DNA of 53,843 nt from Methanotrichaceae archaeon (lineage in GTDB: Archaea > Halobacteriota > Methanosarcinia > Methanotrichales > Methanotrichaceae): positions 1 through 53,843 of the forward strand of contig CAVWIG010000044.1 of assembly GCA_963754945.1 (NCBI GenBank). Reading direction: 5' to 3'. A model generated the notes under the pieces. It saw only the letters and a program-made list of their open reading frames with translations, made no database searches and was not told the origin of the DNA. Below are positions 21,447 to 31,280 of this stretch, in pieces. Both the position numbers and the translations under genes were made by a program. Every line of letters starts with the position of its first letter. Position 1 is the first letter of the stretch.

Positions 21447-22310
21447 TTATCCGATCTCGTTCTTCAAGGTTCTTAAAGCTTCTTCAATGCTCCAGGGCTT
21501 TGAATCAAGGCATCTGAAAGCCTTAGAAGCATCCAAAGAAGAATCAGCAGGTCTCCTCGCTGCCCACCTCATCTCGCTCATTTTAGACCTGATGATCAGA
21601 TTCTCATCAAGGCCGAAGGTTTTGGCCAGCTCAACAGCAAAATCATACCGGGAGATCCTGGTGGCCCCGACCAGGTGGTATACGCCATCAAGCTTACGCT
21701 CAGCCAGCTCCATCACCATCAGGGCGAGGTTAGTGTTGAGGGTAGGCGTTATGTACTGGTCAGTCACAACTTTCACTGCATCCCCTTTTCCTAATCGCTC
21801 AAGAATCCAGAGGGCAAAGTTTACCTTGCCGCTGGCTGGCCGCGAGCCGTATATGACGCAAGTCCTCGCCACTGAGTCGCAATAAGGTTCTCCCAAGAGC
21901 TTGCTGACGCCGTAGTAGTTCACAGGATCGGGCGCGTCTTCCTCCTTATACATTCCCCAGGAGCCATCGAAGACGTAGTCCGTGGATGTGTACACGGTGA
22001 AGGCACCCACCTTCCTTGCCGCTTCGGCCAGCGTCTTTGTCCCTAGGACGTTCATCCTATAAGCCATCTCTTTATTCGTTTCGCACAAATCCACGTCAGT
22101 CAGGGCTGCGGTGTGGACGATCACCTCCGGTCGAGAGGTCTTGACTGCTTCAGCCAGACTGGAGCTGTCCGTCAGATCCAGCTTGACTGCCGTTCCATGC
22201 TCTGGCAGGTGGTGAGCGTAACCTGAGAACACCTCGTATCCCTTTTTTAGGCCAATCTCAGCGACTTTGCTGCCCATGAGGCCGCTGCCGCCCGTCACTA
22301 GTAACCTCAT
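21447..22310 (-). CDS. rfbD: dTDP-4-dehydrorhamnose reductase
   Basis: TGGSGLMG, STDYVFDG and YGVSK motifs. Confidence 0.93.
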   Translation of the reverse strand: MRLLVTGGSGLMGSKVAEIGLKKGYEVFSGYAHHLPEHGTAVKLDLTDSSSLAEAVKTSRPEVIVHTAALTDVDLCETNKEMAYRMNVLGTKTLAEAARKVGAFTVYTSTDYVFDGSWGMYKEEDAPDPVNYYGVSKLLGEPYCDSVARTCVIYGSRPASGKVNFALWILERLGKGDAVKVVTDQYITPTLNTNLALMVMELAERKLDGVYHLVGATRISRYDFAVELAKTFGLDENLIIRSKMSEMRWAARRPADSSLDASKAFRCLDSKPWSIEEALRTLKNEIG

Positions 22311-22311
22311 C

Positions 22312-23319
22312 CTACCACTTCAACTTCCACGGTGTCGGGTGGAGCACTTTGTCGTCCACTAATGGTCTCCACCAATCCTCGTTCTCCAGGTACCACCGAA
22401 CTGTCGCCTCTATTCCCTTCTCGAAGCTCTGCATGGGTTTCCAGCCCAGTTCTTCCTGTATCTTGGATGAGTTCAAACTGTATCTGACGTCATGTCCAGG
22501 CCTGTCTTCCACGAACTCTATTAGACCCTCGCTTTTTCCCATGATCCTCAGTATCTCCCTGACCATATCCAGGTTGGTCTTTTCATCTCCGGCAGAGACG
22601 TTGTAGATCTGTCCTTTGATCCCGGAGTTCAGCACCTTCTCTATGGCACTGCAATGATCCAGAACGTAGATCCAATCTCTTACGTTTTGGCCGCTGCCAT
22701 AGATGGGAACCTTCAAGGACATGGCGGCTCGGATGATGGTCTTGGGTATGAGCTTTTCAGGGAACTGCCGCGGGCCATAGTTATTGGTGCACCGGGTAAT
22801 CATGGCATCCAAGCCGTAGGTTCTGGCGTAGGCCAGGACGAACATGTCCGAGGCCGCCTTGCTGGCAGAATAAGGCGATGATGGCATCAGAGCATCCTTT
22901 TCGGTGAAGGAGCCATCAGTTATGTCCCCGTAAACCTCGTCGGTCGAGACGTGGACGAGCCTTGCACCAGGGTTCCTCTTCCTCATTGCTTCGAGAATTG
23001 TGAAGACACCTAAGACATTACTTTTGAGGAAAGAGCCAGGGTCCGACAAGCTCCTATCCACGTGAGTTTCCGCCGCGAAATTGACCACAGCATCTTTGCC
23101 GACTACAAGGCCTGATATTTTTTCGTAATCGGCTATGTTCCCTTTCAAGAAGTGGTACCTACTGTCGCTCTCCAGATCTGTCAGATTCTTTGAGTTGGAC
23201 CCGTACAATTGGTCATCTACGTTTGTAATCTCGATATCAGGATATTTCCTCAGCAAATCCCGAATGAAGTTGCTTCCTATGAAGCCGAGTCCGCCAGTGA
23301 TCAGTAACTTCATCTTCAT
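22312..23319 (-). CDS. rfbB: dTDP-glucose 4,6-dehydratase
   Basis: TGGLGFIGSNF, AETHVDRS, STDEVYG and YSASK motifs. Confidence 0.95.
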   Translation of the reverse strand: MKMKLLITGGLGFIGSNFIRDLLRKYPDIEITNVDDQLYGSNSKNLTDLESDSRYHFLKGNIADYEKISGLVVGKDAVVNFAAETHVDRSLSDPGSFLKSNVLGVFTILEAMRKRNPGARLVHVSTDEVYGDITDGSFTEKDALMPSSPYSASKAASDMFVLAYARTYGLDAMITRCTNNYGPRQFPEKLIPKTIIRAAMSLKVPIYGSGQNVRDWIYVLDHCSAIEKVLNSGIKGQIYNVSAGDEKTNLDMVREILRIMGKSEGLIEFVEDRPGHDVRYSLNSSKIQEELGWKPMQSFEKGIEATVRWYLENEDWWRPLVDDKVLHPTPWKLKW

Positions 23320-24371
23320 CACAGCATTATATCCGAGTTATCGCCTATTATGAGGCGGGACCCCTTGGGCTTGCCATCGGACTCCATTATTCTGACGTTT
23401 CTGCCCACAAGGCTTTCGACAATTCGCCCAGCGTTCATTATATTGCTGCCTTCCATGATAATGCTGTCCTCAATCTCCGTTTCCTTTATCCGGCAGCCTT
23501 TGCCGATGGATGTGTAAGGCCCTATGTAGGAGTTTATGACCTTGCAGTCCTTGCCTATGCAGCAGGGCCCTTTGACTATGGAGTTGTTTATGTCTGTACC
23601 TGGATCTATTACAACTCTGCCGATGATCCTAGAATTCTCGATCGTTCCTTTATTTTCGGGCATTATATCATCCAGGATAAGCCTGTTGGCCTCCAGGATG
23701 TCTTCCGGCTTGCCCGTATCCTTCCACCAGGAGCTCACAATGGATGCCTCGACCCTGTAACCGTTCTCTATAAGCCACTGTATTGCATCGGTGATCTCAA
23801 GCTCGTTCCTCCAGGACGGTTTGATATGGTGGCAGGCATCTATTATAACCTGCTTGAAGAAGTATATGCCAACCAGGGCGTAATTAGACGGCGGAACTTG
23901 GGGCTTCTCCACCAACCTCTTTATCTTGCCGCTGGCGTCGATGTCCGCTACTCCAAAGCGCTGAGGATCATCGACCTGGGTCAGCATCACCAGGGAATCG
24001 GGGTTAAGATTACGGAATCTTTCGGCATGCTCGACTATGCCGCCCTTCAATATGTTGTCTCCCAGATACATTACAAAGTCGTCATCCAAAAAGTCCTCGG
24101 CTACGAGAATAGTTTGCGCCAGGCCTTTTGGGTCGCCCTGGTATAGGAACTCGATGTTTGCATCCCAATCCTCAGACATGACAGTCTCAGCGACCTGCTC
24201 CTTATTGGGGCCCACTATAATTCCTATGTCCTTTGCACCAGCCTCGATTACGTCTTCAATAGCGTAAAATAGCACTGGTTTGTTTGCAATTGGGATCAAT
24301 TGTTTCTGCTGAGAGTATGTTAGAGGCCGAAGCCTTGTCCCCGAGCCACCCGAGAGTATGAGAGCTTTCAC
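23319..24371 (-). CDS. rfbA: Glucose-1-phosphate thymidylyltransferase (long form)
   Basis: LSGGSGTRLRPLT, KQLIP, ELEITD and WWKDTG motifs. Confidence 0.93.
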   Translation of the reverse strand: MKALILSGGSGTRLRPLTYSQQKQLIPIANKPVLFYAIEDVIEAGAKDIGIIVGPNKEQVAETVMSEDWDANIEFLYQGDPKGLAQTILVAEDFLDDDFVMYLGDNILKGGIVEHAERFRNLNPDSLVMLTQVDDPQRFGVADIDASGKIKRLVEKPQVPPSNYALVGIYFFKQVIIDACHHIKPSWRNELEITDAIQWLIENGYRVEASIVSSWWKDTGKPEDILEANRLILDDIMPENKGTIENSRIIGRVVIDPGTDINNSIVKGPCCIGKDCKVINSYIGPYTSIGKGCRIKETEIEDSIIMEGSNIMNAGRIVESLVGRNVRIMESDGKPKGSRLIIGDNSDIML

Positions 24372-24669
24372 GAATCCACCTAGTGGCATAAAGTGCTATA
24401 GGGATTAAAAGAATTCTGTTCCCTTTTGGTCTAGAGGGTGCAACGCTGCGATATCTTAAGTTTATTGAATTTCATGAAGGTCATAGTTCAGCAGTAAAGG
24501 TTTTTGGACGCGGAAAAAGTCCAACTTTTTATTCGCCGTTTCGTGTCAAGAAGCCCGACAATTCATATGACATCGAAGCAGATTCATTGAATAGATTCAT
24601 ATAATATCACCTTGATCGGAGGGCTTAAATTACAGTCATTAAACTTAAGCATTGATTCTCCTGACCATT

Positions 24670-25563
24670 ATGATTGAAGAGATAGCTTTATTGAAAAAAG
24701 AGCGCAATGCTGTCATCTTAGCCCATAACTACCAGATAGGGTCAGTCCAGGATGTGGCCGATCTCGTAGGAGACTCTCTGGAGCTGAGCCGAGCTGCAGC
24801 GCGGCTGGATGCCGATGTCATAATCTTCTGCGGTGTGGACTTCATGGCTGAGACCGCATCAATCCTTTCCCCGAATAAAAAGGTGGTACTGCCTGCACAA
24901 GGAGCCTGGTGCCCCATGGCTCACATGATAACTCCTGAGCAGATTAAGGAGCTCAAAACCGTCTACCCTGAGGCGGCTGTTGTGTGTTACGTCAACTCCA
25001 CCGCAGAGGTCAAGGCGGAGAGCGATATTTGCTGCACCTCGGCCAACGGCGTAGAGGTTGTAAACTCGCTGGACCAAAACCAGGTAATATTCGTCCCGGA
25101 CCGGAACCTGGCGAGTTACGTGGCAAGACACACCAAGAAAGAGATCATTCCTTGGAACGGGTACTGCTATGTCCACGATCGCTACACGCCCGCGGAGGTG
25201 CGCGAGGCGCGTGCCCTGCACCCGAGGGCGGAGGTTCTGGTCCATCCAGAATGCCGGCCGGAGGTTATAGACCTGGCCGATTATGTCTACAGCACTTCAG
25301 GGATGGGAAAACACGTCCAGAGAAGCGATGCCAGTGAGTTCATTATTGGGACAGAAGTGGGCATGATCTATCGGCTAAAGAAGGAGAACCCCAATAAGGA
25401 GTTCTATCCCCTCAGCCGGAAGGCCGTCTGCGAGAACATGAAGAAGACCGACCTTGAGAAAGTTCTAAAGGCTCTGCAGACCCTGGAGCCGCAAGTGAAG
25501 GTTCCAAAAGATATAGCCGATAGGGCCAGAAGGTCGATAGAAAGGATGCTGGCTGTTAAATAA
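24670..25563 (+). CDS. nadA: Quinolinate synthase
   Basis: ILAHNYQ, GDSLELS, CPMA, YVNS, CYVH, HPEC and CENMK motifs. Confidence 0.96.
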   Translation: MIEEIALLKKERNAVILAHNYQIGSVQDVADLVGDSLELSRAAARLDADVIIFCGVDFMAETASILSPNKKVVLPAQGAWCPMAHMITPEQIKELKTVYPEAAVVCYVNSTAEVKAESDICCTSANGVEVVNSLDQNQVIFVPDRNLASYVARHTKKEIIPWNGYCYVHDRYTPAEVREARALHPRAEVLVHPECRPEVIDLADYVYSTSGMGKHVQRSDASEFIIGTEVGMIYRLKKENPNKEFYPLSRKAVCENMKKTDLEKVLKALQTLEPQVKVPKDIADRARRSIERMLAVK

Positions 25564-25594
25564 AGCGCTGGTAACGATTTATGAATTATGAAGT

Positions 25595-26362
25595 CTACGT
25601 AGCACTCAGCCGATGCTCGGGCACTCTCCAGCAGTTAGTGTAGATGTTCATCCTCCTCGTACGAACGAAACCGATGACTGTTAGGCCGGTCCTCTCCGCG
25701 ATCTCAATGGCCAGGCTGGTGGTCGCACCCCGAGAGGCGATGATGGGAATGCCAGCCACCGAACACTTCAAAGCCATCTCCGAGGAGATCCTGCCTGTGG
25801 AGGCGACGAAGGTTTTGCTGAAATCCAATCCTCCGATCAATCCGAATCCAATGGCCTTGTCCAGGGCGTTGTGCCTTCCTATGTCCTCGCAGATGCAAAC
25901 CGCTCCGTTCTCGTCGAACAACCCTACAGAATGAACGCCGCCCGTCGATGCGTGCAGCTCTGATTCGAATATAACTTTCATGGCTTCATAGATCGCGTTC
26001 TTATCGACCAACAGGCTCGAGTTGATCTGTGGGAGCTTGGACTCATCGAGGAAGGTTGCTGTTCCACCGCAACCGCTCACTATCGGCTTTCTGGGAACTA
26101 TCGCTTTGATTGGATTGCTGATTATCAGCCTGGCTACGCGGCCTTCGATCTCCATGGATTCGACGTCCGATAGGCCGTTTATGATCCGTTCCGAGAACAG
26201 ATAGCCCAGGATGAACTCCTTGGCCATGTGGGGACTGGTCATGGCGGTCACGAAGTGTCTTCCGTTGATGAAGATTGACAGGGGCGACTCTTCCACGACC
26301 CAATCGATTGATTCACTGATCTCTTCGCCATCGAGCTTCAGGCAGACGTGTTCTTTCTTCAA
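25595..26362 (-). CDS. fdhD: Formate dehydrogenase accessory sulfurtransferase
   Basis: SGCG, TGGVH, EDIGRHNALDK and TGRISSEM motifs. Confidence 0.93.
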   Translation of the reverse strand: MKKEHVCLKLDGEEISESIDWVVEESPLSIFINGRHFVTAMTSPHMAKEFILGYLFSERIINGLSDVESMEIEGRVARLIISNPIKAIVPRKPIVSGCGGTATFLDESKLPQINSSLLVDKNAIYEAMKVIFESELHASTGGVHSVGLFDENGAVCICEDIGRHNALDKAIGFGLIGGLDFSKTFVASTGRISSEMALKCSVAGIPIIASRGATTSLAIEIAERTGLTVIGFVRTRRMNIYTNCWRVPEHRLSAT

Positions 26363-26473
26363 TCCTGCTACCTCTATGATTTTAGCCTATTGCGCATCCT
26401 CGTACCTCTTCCTTTCTTGGCTCTGAGGCAAACGGGTTTATGAAAACTTCTTCGGCTAACTGACCTTCTTTGG

Positions 26474-27656
26474 CTAACCGGACATCTTTGCTATGTCCTC
26501 GGCTGTTCCGAGAAGCCGATCAATCTCTTCTTTCGTATTGTACAGGTAAAGAGAGGCTCTGACCGTTCCTTCCTTCAGGCCCAGGTGTTTCATTAGAGGG
26601 ATACAGCAGTGATGCCCGGAACGCACCATGATATTCGATGCGTGATCCAGCATCAGTGCAACGTCGTGGGGCGCTAGACCTCTGACAGTGAAGGAGACTA
26701 TGCCGCTTCTATCTTTGGTGTTCTGAGGTCCGTAGACATCAACGCCTCTGATCTCATGCAGCCCATCCAGCAATCTGCTAGCTAGCTTGCTCTCGTGGGA
26801 CTTCTACTTCATCCATACCTGCCTCGACCAGATAGTCTGCGGCTCTTCCTAAACCAATCCCGCCCGAGATGTGAGGCGTGCCGGCTTCAAAACCCTCGTA
26901 GCCTTTTTTGGTCTTGAAGCCTTCCGCAGAAACATCCTCTACCATTCCACCGCCAACCAGAAGGGGCTCGATCTCTTGCCTGGTCCACAGGACTCCCGTG
27001 CCTTTGGGCCCCAGCATCTTATGTCCGGAGAAGCAAAGGAAGTCGCACCCCAGGTCTTTCACACTTGTAGGCATGTGAGGGACCGACTGCGCTCCGTCCA
27101 CCAGCAGCATCGCGCCTTTGTCCTGGCAGATTTTTGATATCTCTTTAACAGGTAGGACAGTTCCCAGGACGTTGGTTATATGAGCCACGGCCACTAGCCT
27201 GGTCCTGGCGTCTATGGCTCTTTCAAAGTCTGACACATCAAATGAACCGCTCCTGTCGGGCTTGATTATATCTAGATCAACCCCGTCTTTCCGGAGCCTG
27301 AGCCAGGGAAGGAAGTTGGAGTGGTGCTCGGCAAGGGTCGTCACAACCTTCTCTCCGCGCCTCCATCTCAGGCCACGGGCTACCATGTTTATTGATTCCG
27401 TGGTGTTCCTTGTGAAGATCAGATCTCCTTCCTTGGTACCTATGAAGCTCGCGACCTTTTTGTGGGCATCGTTGTACCTCTGCTGTGCCATCTGGGATAG
27501 CCTATGCACACCACGGCCCACATTTGCGTTGTACTCCCTGTAGTACTTCAGCATGGTTTCCAGAACAGGCTCAGGCGTCAGGCTTGTGGAAGCGCTGTCC
27601 ATGTAGATTACGTCTTTCAATATGGGAAAATCCGATCTGATCTTATCAAAATTCAC
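26474..27656 (-). CDS. Cysteine desulfurase (SufS-like), frameshift at ~26804
   Basis: YMDSAST, EHHSN, DGAQ, SGHKM and EAGTP; the C-terminal ORF has RSGHHC and RASLYLYN. Confidence 0.9.
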
Positions 27657-27677
27657 TTCGCCCTCTATGATAATATT

Positions 27678-28478
27678 CTACAGGACCTCGTTCATGCTCC
27701 CACTCCTGAAACCCTGGAGGTCGAGAGTTACGTACTTGAACCCGGCCTTTTTCAGCTCTTTTGCGATCCGATCTCTTGAAAGCAGAACCATTTCCATTTC
27801 TTCCTCCGGGACTTCGATCCTGGCAACACAACCATGAACTCTCACTCTGACCTGTTTGAGGCCCAAGCTTTTCAGGTAATCTTCGGCAGTCTCCACCATG
27901 GCCAGGTTGGCACCGGTGATCTGGTCGCCGTAGGGTATCCGTGAGGCGAGACATGCGGATGACGGCTTATCCCAAAAGGAGAGGCCCATCTGTTTGGCCA
28001 GCTCGCGGATGTCTTCTTTGGATATACCGGCTTCCACGAAAGGGTGCCATATCCCTTCTTCGTTGCTGGCCTTTATACCTGGCCTGTAGTCACCGCAGTC
28101 AGAGAGATTGACCCCGTCCGCAATACAGGTTATGCCTTTTTCAGCTGCAACAGTCTTTAGCGTCCTGGCTGATGCTTTTTTGCATAGATAGCATCGATTG
28201 GGAGGATTCTTGATGAAATCTGGGTCGTTAATAATTGAATATTTCGCTACCAGGCAATTTATGCTAAAAGACCCGGCCAATTCTTCGGCCTTCTCAACCT
28301 CGCTCCTGGGCATTGTCTCAGAGTCAAGGATGACGCATACGACGTTTCCGCCCAGTACATCCCCGGCCACCTTTGCCAGGAGGCTGCTGTCCACTCCTCC
28401 TGAAAAGGAGATCAGGATTTTTCCCTTATCTGCAAGCTTCTTCTTCAGCTCCTGGAGCTTCTCGGAACAATCCATCAT
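27678..28478 (-). CDS. larE: LarE-family ATP-dependent sulfur transferase
   Basis: PP-loop SGGVDS, RCYLCK, DYRPG, CLASR and YVTLDLQGFRSGSMN. Confidence 0.9.
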   Translation of the reverse strand: MMDCSEKLQELKKKLADKGKILISFSGGVDSSLLAKVAGDVLGGNVVCVILDSETMPRSEVEKAEELAGSFSINCLVAKYSIINDPDFIKNPPNRCYLCKKASARTLKTVAAEKGITCIADGVNLSDCGDYRPGIKASNEEGIWHPFVEAGISKEDIRELAKQMGLSFWDKPSSACLASRIPYGDQITGANLAMVETAEDYLKSLGLKQVRVRVHGCVARIEVPEEEMEMVLLSRDRIAKELKKAGFKYVTLDLQGFRSGSMNEVL

Positions 28479-28655
28479 ATCCTCTTTTATAAATATTATC
28501 ATTTATTGATCCGAATTCCTGAGGCCTAATTCTCAGACCATTGATGCCGTTCGGATGGTAAAAATCTAATCTATCTTAGAACGACATCTTAGAACAGCAA
28601 CAGAAAGCGACCATTTAAGGGCGCGAGATTGATTACATTATTGCCTAAGACATCG

Positions 28656-28976
28656 CTATCGGCAGCTTCCCGGACCGCAGTAGGAGTCATCGCCCCTCAT
28701 GTCCTTGCAGATCTGGCAGATCCTTTCCGTCAGGTTGACCACCTTGTTCTGGATAAGATCCTCTGCAAGCTTGCCTATGGCGGCCTTAACTTCCTCCCCG
28801 AACTCCATGCTGTAACCTCTCTTCTTGGAAACGTATTGAGATACAGCAGGCGGAGTGATCCCAAGAAGCTTGGAAACCTCCTTCTGGGACAGCCCCTTTT
28901 TTACAAGCTCCTCTGCAGTGGCCGCCCTGATGGCAGGCAGCACATCCCAGACTATCTCTTCGCACGGCGATTTCAT
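28656..28976 (-). CDS. HTH transcriptional regulator (archaeal COG2522-like)
   Basis: PCE, LSQKEVSKLLGITPPAVSQYVSKKRG and C-terminal CxxC. Confidence 0.85.
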   Translation of the reverse strand: MKSPCEEIVWDVLPAIRAATAEELVKKGLSQKEVSKLLGITPPAVSQYVSKKRGYSMEFGEEVKAAIGKLAEDLIQNKVVNLTERICQICKDMRGDDSYCGPGSCR

Positions 28977-29159
28977 GTCGTCATTACCTGTGATTGATAT
29001 GTTATGCTATCTAAATTACAATTGTTACTGGAGTATCCTGACTATAAATCTTCTTAATTCTACCAGAATCCATCTCACCAGAATATATGAACCTTGCTCA
29101 GTAGCAGAAGATGACCTTATGACATCCTGAGTCACGAGCTTAGCCGGCTAAAGCGAGTT

Positions 29160-29711
29160 CTACAACCCCGCGAATCGCTCCAGAATCCACCTGTTTCGAA
29201 CCTCGGGATGGAATATTATGCCGTAGATCGGTCTTTCGCGATGCTTGAAGGCCTCCACAACCTCTGTTGTTCCTGCCACTAACAGGAATTCTTCTGGCAG
29301 GGTCACTCCGTAGTTGTGGAGGTGGTAGCCCTCGATCTGGCGCGGTTCACCCAGGAGAGGGGTATTTGTTACGATCTCGATTCTCTCTAGCCCGATGGCG
29401 GGTTCTGGCACAATGCTGCCGCCATAGACCGCACAGATCACCTGCATCCCGGCGCAGATGCCAAGCATCGGCCCGTCGTATCGCTTTAGCCAGGAAAACA
29501 TGTCTATTCGATCCGCGTAGGTGTTGTCTTTTAATGCCGTGCCGCAGAGGATTATTTTGTCGTATTTTCCCAGCTTGTCCTCTGCAATCTCAGTGAAGTG
29601 CAACATCTCAAAGTGCGCTCCGGCTTTCCTAAGCGTGTCGGCAATGGGCAAGACGAACTCGTACTCGGAAAGGGAGTCTTTTTCATAACACAAGTCTAGC
29701 AGGATGATCAT
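29160..29711 (-). CDS. Class I glutamine amidotransferase
   Basis: LGICAGMQ nucleophile elbow and FHPE His/Glu pair. Confidence 0.88.
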   Translation of the reverse strand: MIILLDLCYEKDSLSEYEFVLPIADTLRKAGAHFEMLHFTEIAEDKLGKYDKIILCGTALKDNTYADRIDMFSWLKRYDGPMLGICAGMQVICAVYGGSIVPEPAIGLERIEIVTNTPLLGEPRQIEGYHLHNYGVTLPEEFLLVAGTTEVVEAFKHRERPIYGIIFHPEVRNRWILERFAGL

Positions 29712-30388
29712 TTCTCAACCAGCCGCACATCTTCGATGAGGAAGTGTCCCCGGTAGTTCTCATAGGTCCTTGAGGCCTTTAGAATCTCGATCCGTTTCTT
29801 GAAGAGCGGCCCGTCGAGAACGAAGGTCTCCAGCTCGCCGCCTTCGCCGGAGGGGTTTATCTTATATTTTTTCTGAAGGAGCTCCAACCTCTGGATCAGC
29901 TCTTCGGTTAATGTGGCCCCGACCCACGATTCATCGAAAGGGTAGGCGAAGACGCCTGATATTATTATCTCGAACCCAACGGAGATCAGCAGGCGCAGAT
30001 AATCCACCTGGTTGATCTGCCACAGCGGATTGAAGCACCACAGGTCCAGTTCCCGGCAGATCCTCTGAACCCTGGTCGCCTGGTAAACAGATTCAATGGC
30101 TCCGGTGACTATGCCCTCGATTCCGTATTTTTCGCGAGCGGCGGAGATTGCATCTTTTAGGTCATCAAGCTCTTCCTCCTTTTGGCCTTTTGTAGGCCAG
30201 GAGAGCAGGGGAAATCCCATTGCCTCGGCCTGAAGCCCGGTGCGGCGTATGTTGGGGGTATGGAACATGTAGCTGTCCGCGTTCTCGGAGATTAGGGTAA
30301 TCAGGCAGCCTACACTGTTCTTTTCCATGGCCCGGTAGCAGGCAAACGTGGAGTCCTTGCCGCCGGAGAAGAGCACACCGAGATTCAC
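29708..30388 (-). CDS. Diphthine--ammonia ligase family (Dph6/DUF71) PP-loop ATPase
   Basis: LFSGGKDS, SYMFH, GAIESVYQ and GEGGELET motifs; likely GTG start at 30388. Confidence 0.88.
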   Translation of the reverse strand: MNLGVLFSGGKDSTFACYRAMEKNSVGCLITLISENADSYMFHTPNIRRTGLQAEAMGFPLLSWPTKGQKEEELDDLKDAISAAREKYGIEGIVTGAIESVYQATRVQRICRELDLWCFNPLWQINQVDYLRLLISVGFEIIISGVFAYPFDESWVGATLTEELIQRLELLQKKYKINPSGEGGELETFVLDGPLFKKRIEILKASRTYENYRGHFLIEDVRLVEK

Positions 30389-30487
30389 AATTGATGGATA
30401 TAGGATGGGAGTTAAAAAGGTGATGGATTTGGCATATCGGAGGCTGGAAGAGCCTACGGCCGGAAGGGGGAGAGACAATAAGAATCC

Positions 30488-30496
30488 TTATATATA
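30488..30496 (+). promoter_or_regulatory. TATA box of leader copy 1
   Basis: TTATATATA beginning 27 nt before the hairpin start, the same spacing as copy 2. Confidence 0.6.
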
Positions 30497-30514
30497 AGCA
30501 CCGTGTTTAAGCTT

Positions 30515-30567
30515 GGTTTCGTGGAGAATAGTTTGTGGTAAAGAATTCCACTCATCTCCAAGAAGCC
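30515..30567 (+). ncRNA. Conserved 5'-leader hairpin, copy 1
   Basis: GGTTTC-G-TGGAGA...TCTCCA-A-GAAGCC; homologous to 37115-37171. Confidence 0.65.
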
Positions 30568-30573
30568 TCGAAA

Positions 30574-30744
30574 ATGAGAAATATCCACAGCATAGTCAAA
30601 AGAGATTTAACCGAGATTTTCCGCTTGCATATGTTTGCACAGCTAGCCCCTCGAAGCAAGATCATTAAAGCGGATGCTATTGTAGTAGCTAATCGAAATC
30701 TCCTAATGCCAAGCACTTTTGTATTGGGCCAACGTACCCGATAA
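30574..30744 (+). CDS. 56-aa leader uORF, copy 1 (MRNIH...LLMPSTFVLGQRTR)
   Basis: Intact ORF aligning with the 37179-37352 uORF. Confidence 0.55.
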   Translation: MRNIHSIVKRDLTEIFRLHMFAQLAPRSKIIKADAIVVANRNLLMPSTFVLGQRTR

Positions 30745-30839
30745 ATTCAACGCTATACTATAGCTGTTCTTCGGCTATAATTAGTGAGCTTTAGTTGCAG
30801 CCTATCTCCTTATGATTACATTATCAAAGAGGTTATAAA

Positions 30840-31000
30840 ATGCTCATCGAATTTGCGAATAAAACCGTCATTGCAGTCCGTTTGGCAACATTAGAATCAT
30901 TCAGCGGGCAAGTGTATGGAAAAGTTCTTTCAGGAAGAAAATAGCCGACTGACTCTGATATCAAGCTTATTGATCAAGGGAATTTGCAGGATATGCAGCT
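30840..31000 (+). pseudogene. kdpA: Decayed 5' fragment of kdpA
   Basis: AAGAGG RBS then MLIE. DNA resembles 37447-37605 (GGCAAGTGTATGGAAAAG vs GGCAGGTATATGGCAAAG; GGGAATTTGCAGGATATGC vs GGGAATTTACTGGATATGC). Contains a frameshift and a stop. Confidence 0.75.
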
Positions 31001-31074
31001 TATTCGAGGGCGTGGAATCATCCATCCGTCACAATTCATCAATCCTGATTATCAAGGCATGGAGGTGAAAATCA

Positions 31075-31176
31075 ATGGCTACAAAACAAGAAGACTTCAA
31101 GTGCGCGCGTTGCGGCAAGATTTTCTTCGCGAAGAAAGAGCTTGACGAACACACGAAGATACGCCATAAGAAATGA
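31075..31176 (+). CDS. 33-aa single C2H2 zinc-finger microprotein
   Basis: GGAGGTGA RBS at 31061. MATKQEDFKCARCGKIFFAKKELDEHTKIRHKK fits F-x-C-x2-C-x3-F-x5-L-x2-H-x4-H. Confidence 0.85.
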   Translation: MATKQEDFKCARCGKIFFAKKELDEHTKIRHKK

Positions 31177-31200
31177 AATCCTACATTATTAATTTGTGAA

Positions 31201-31280
31201 GGGCAGTATGGGGCAACAATGCCTGACGATCCCTTGGCATGCCAGAATAAATCATGGCAAATTGTTTGCCCCTGTTGCCC
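31201..31280. repeat. Long imperfect inverted repeat/hairpin
   Basis: GGGCAGTA-GGGGCAA-CAAT-GCC-TGA pairs with TCA-GGC-ATTG-TTGCCCC-TGTTGCCC. Confidence 0.7.

Noticed and set aside
24504-24524. TTGGAC-N9-GTCCAA inverted repeat between rfbA and nadA
   Set aside because: A single short occurrence, compatible with chance.
26385-26490. Open minus-strand frame ...LAEEVFINPFASEPRKEEVRGCAIG* after the desulfurase stop
   Set aside because: No start codon and no recognisable motif. It could be a frameshifted tail, but this cannot be supported.
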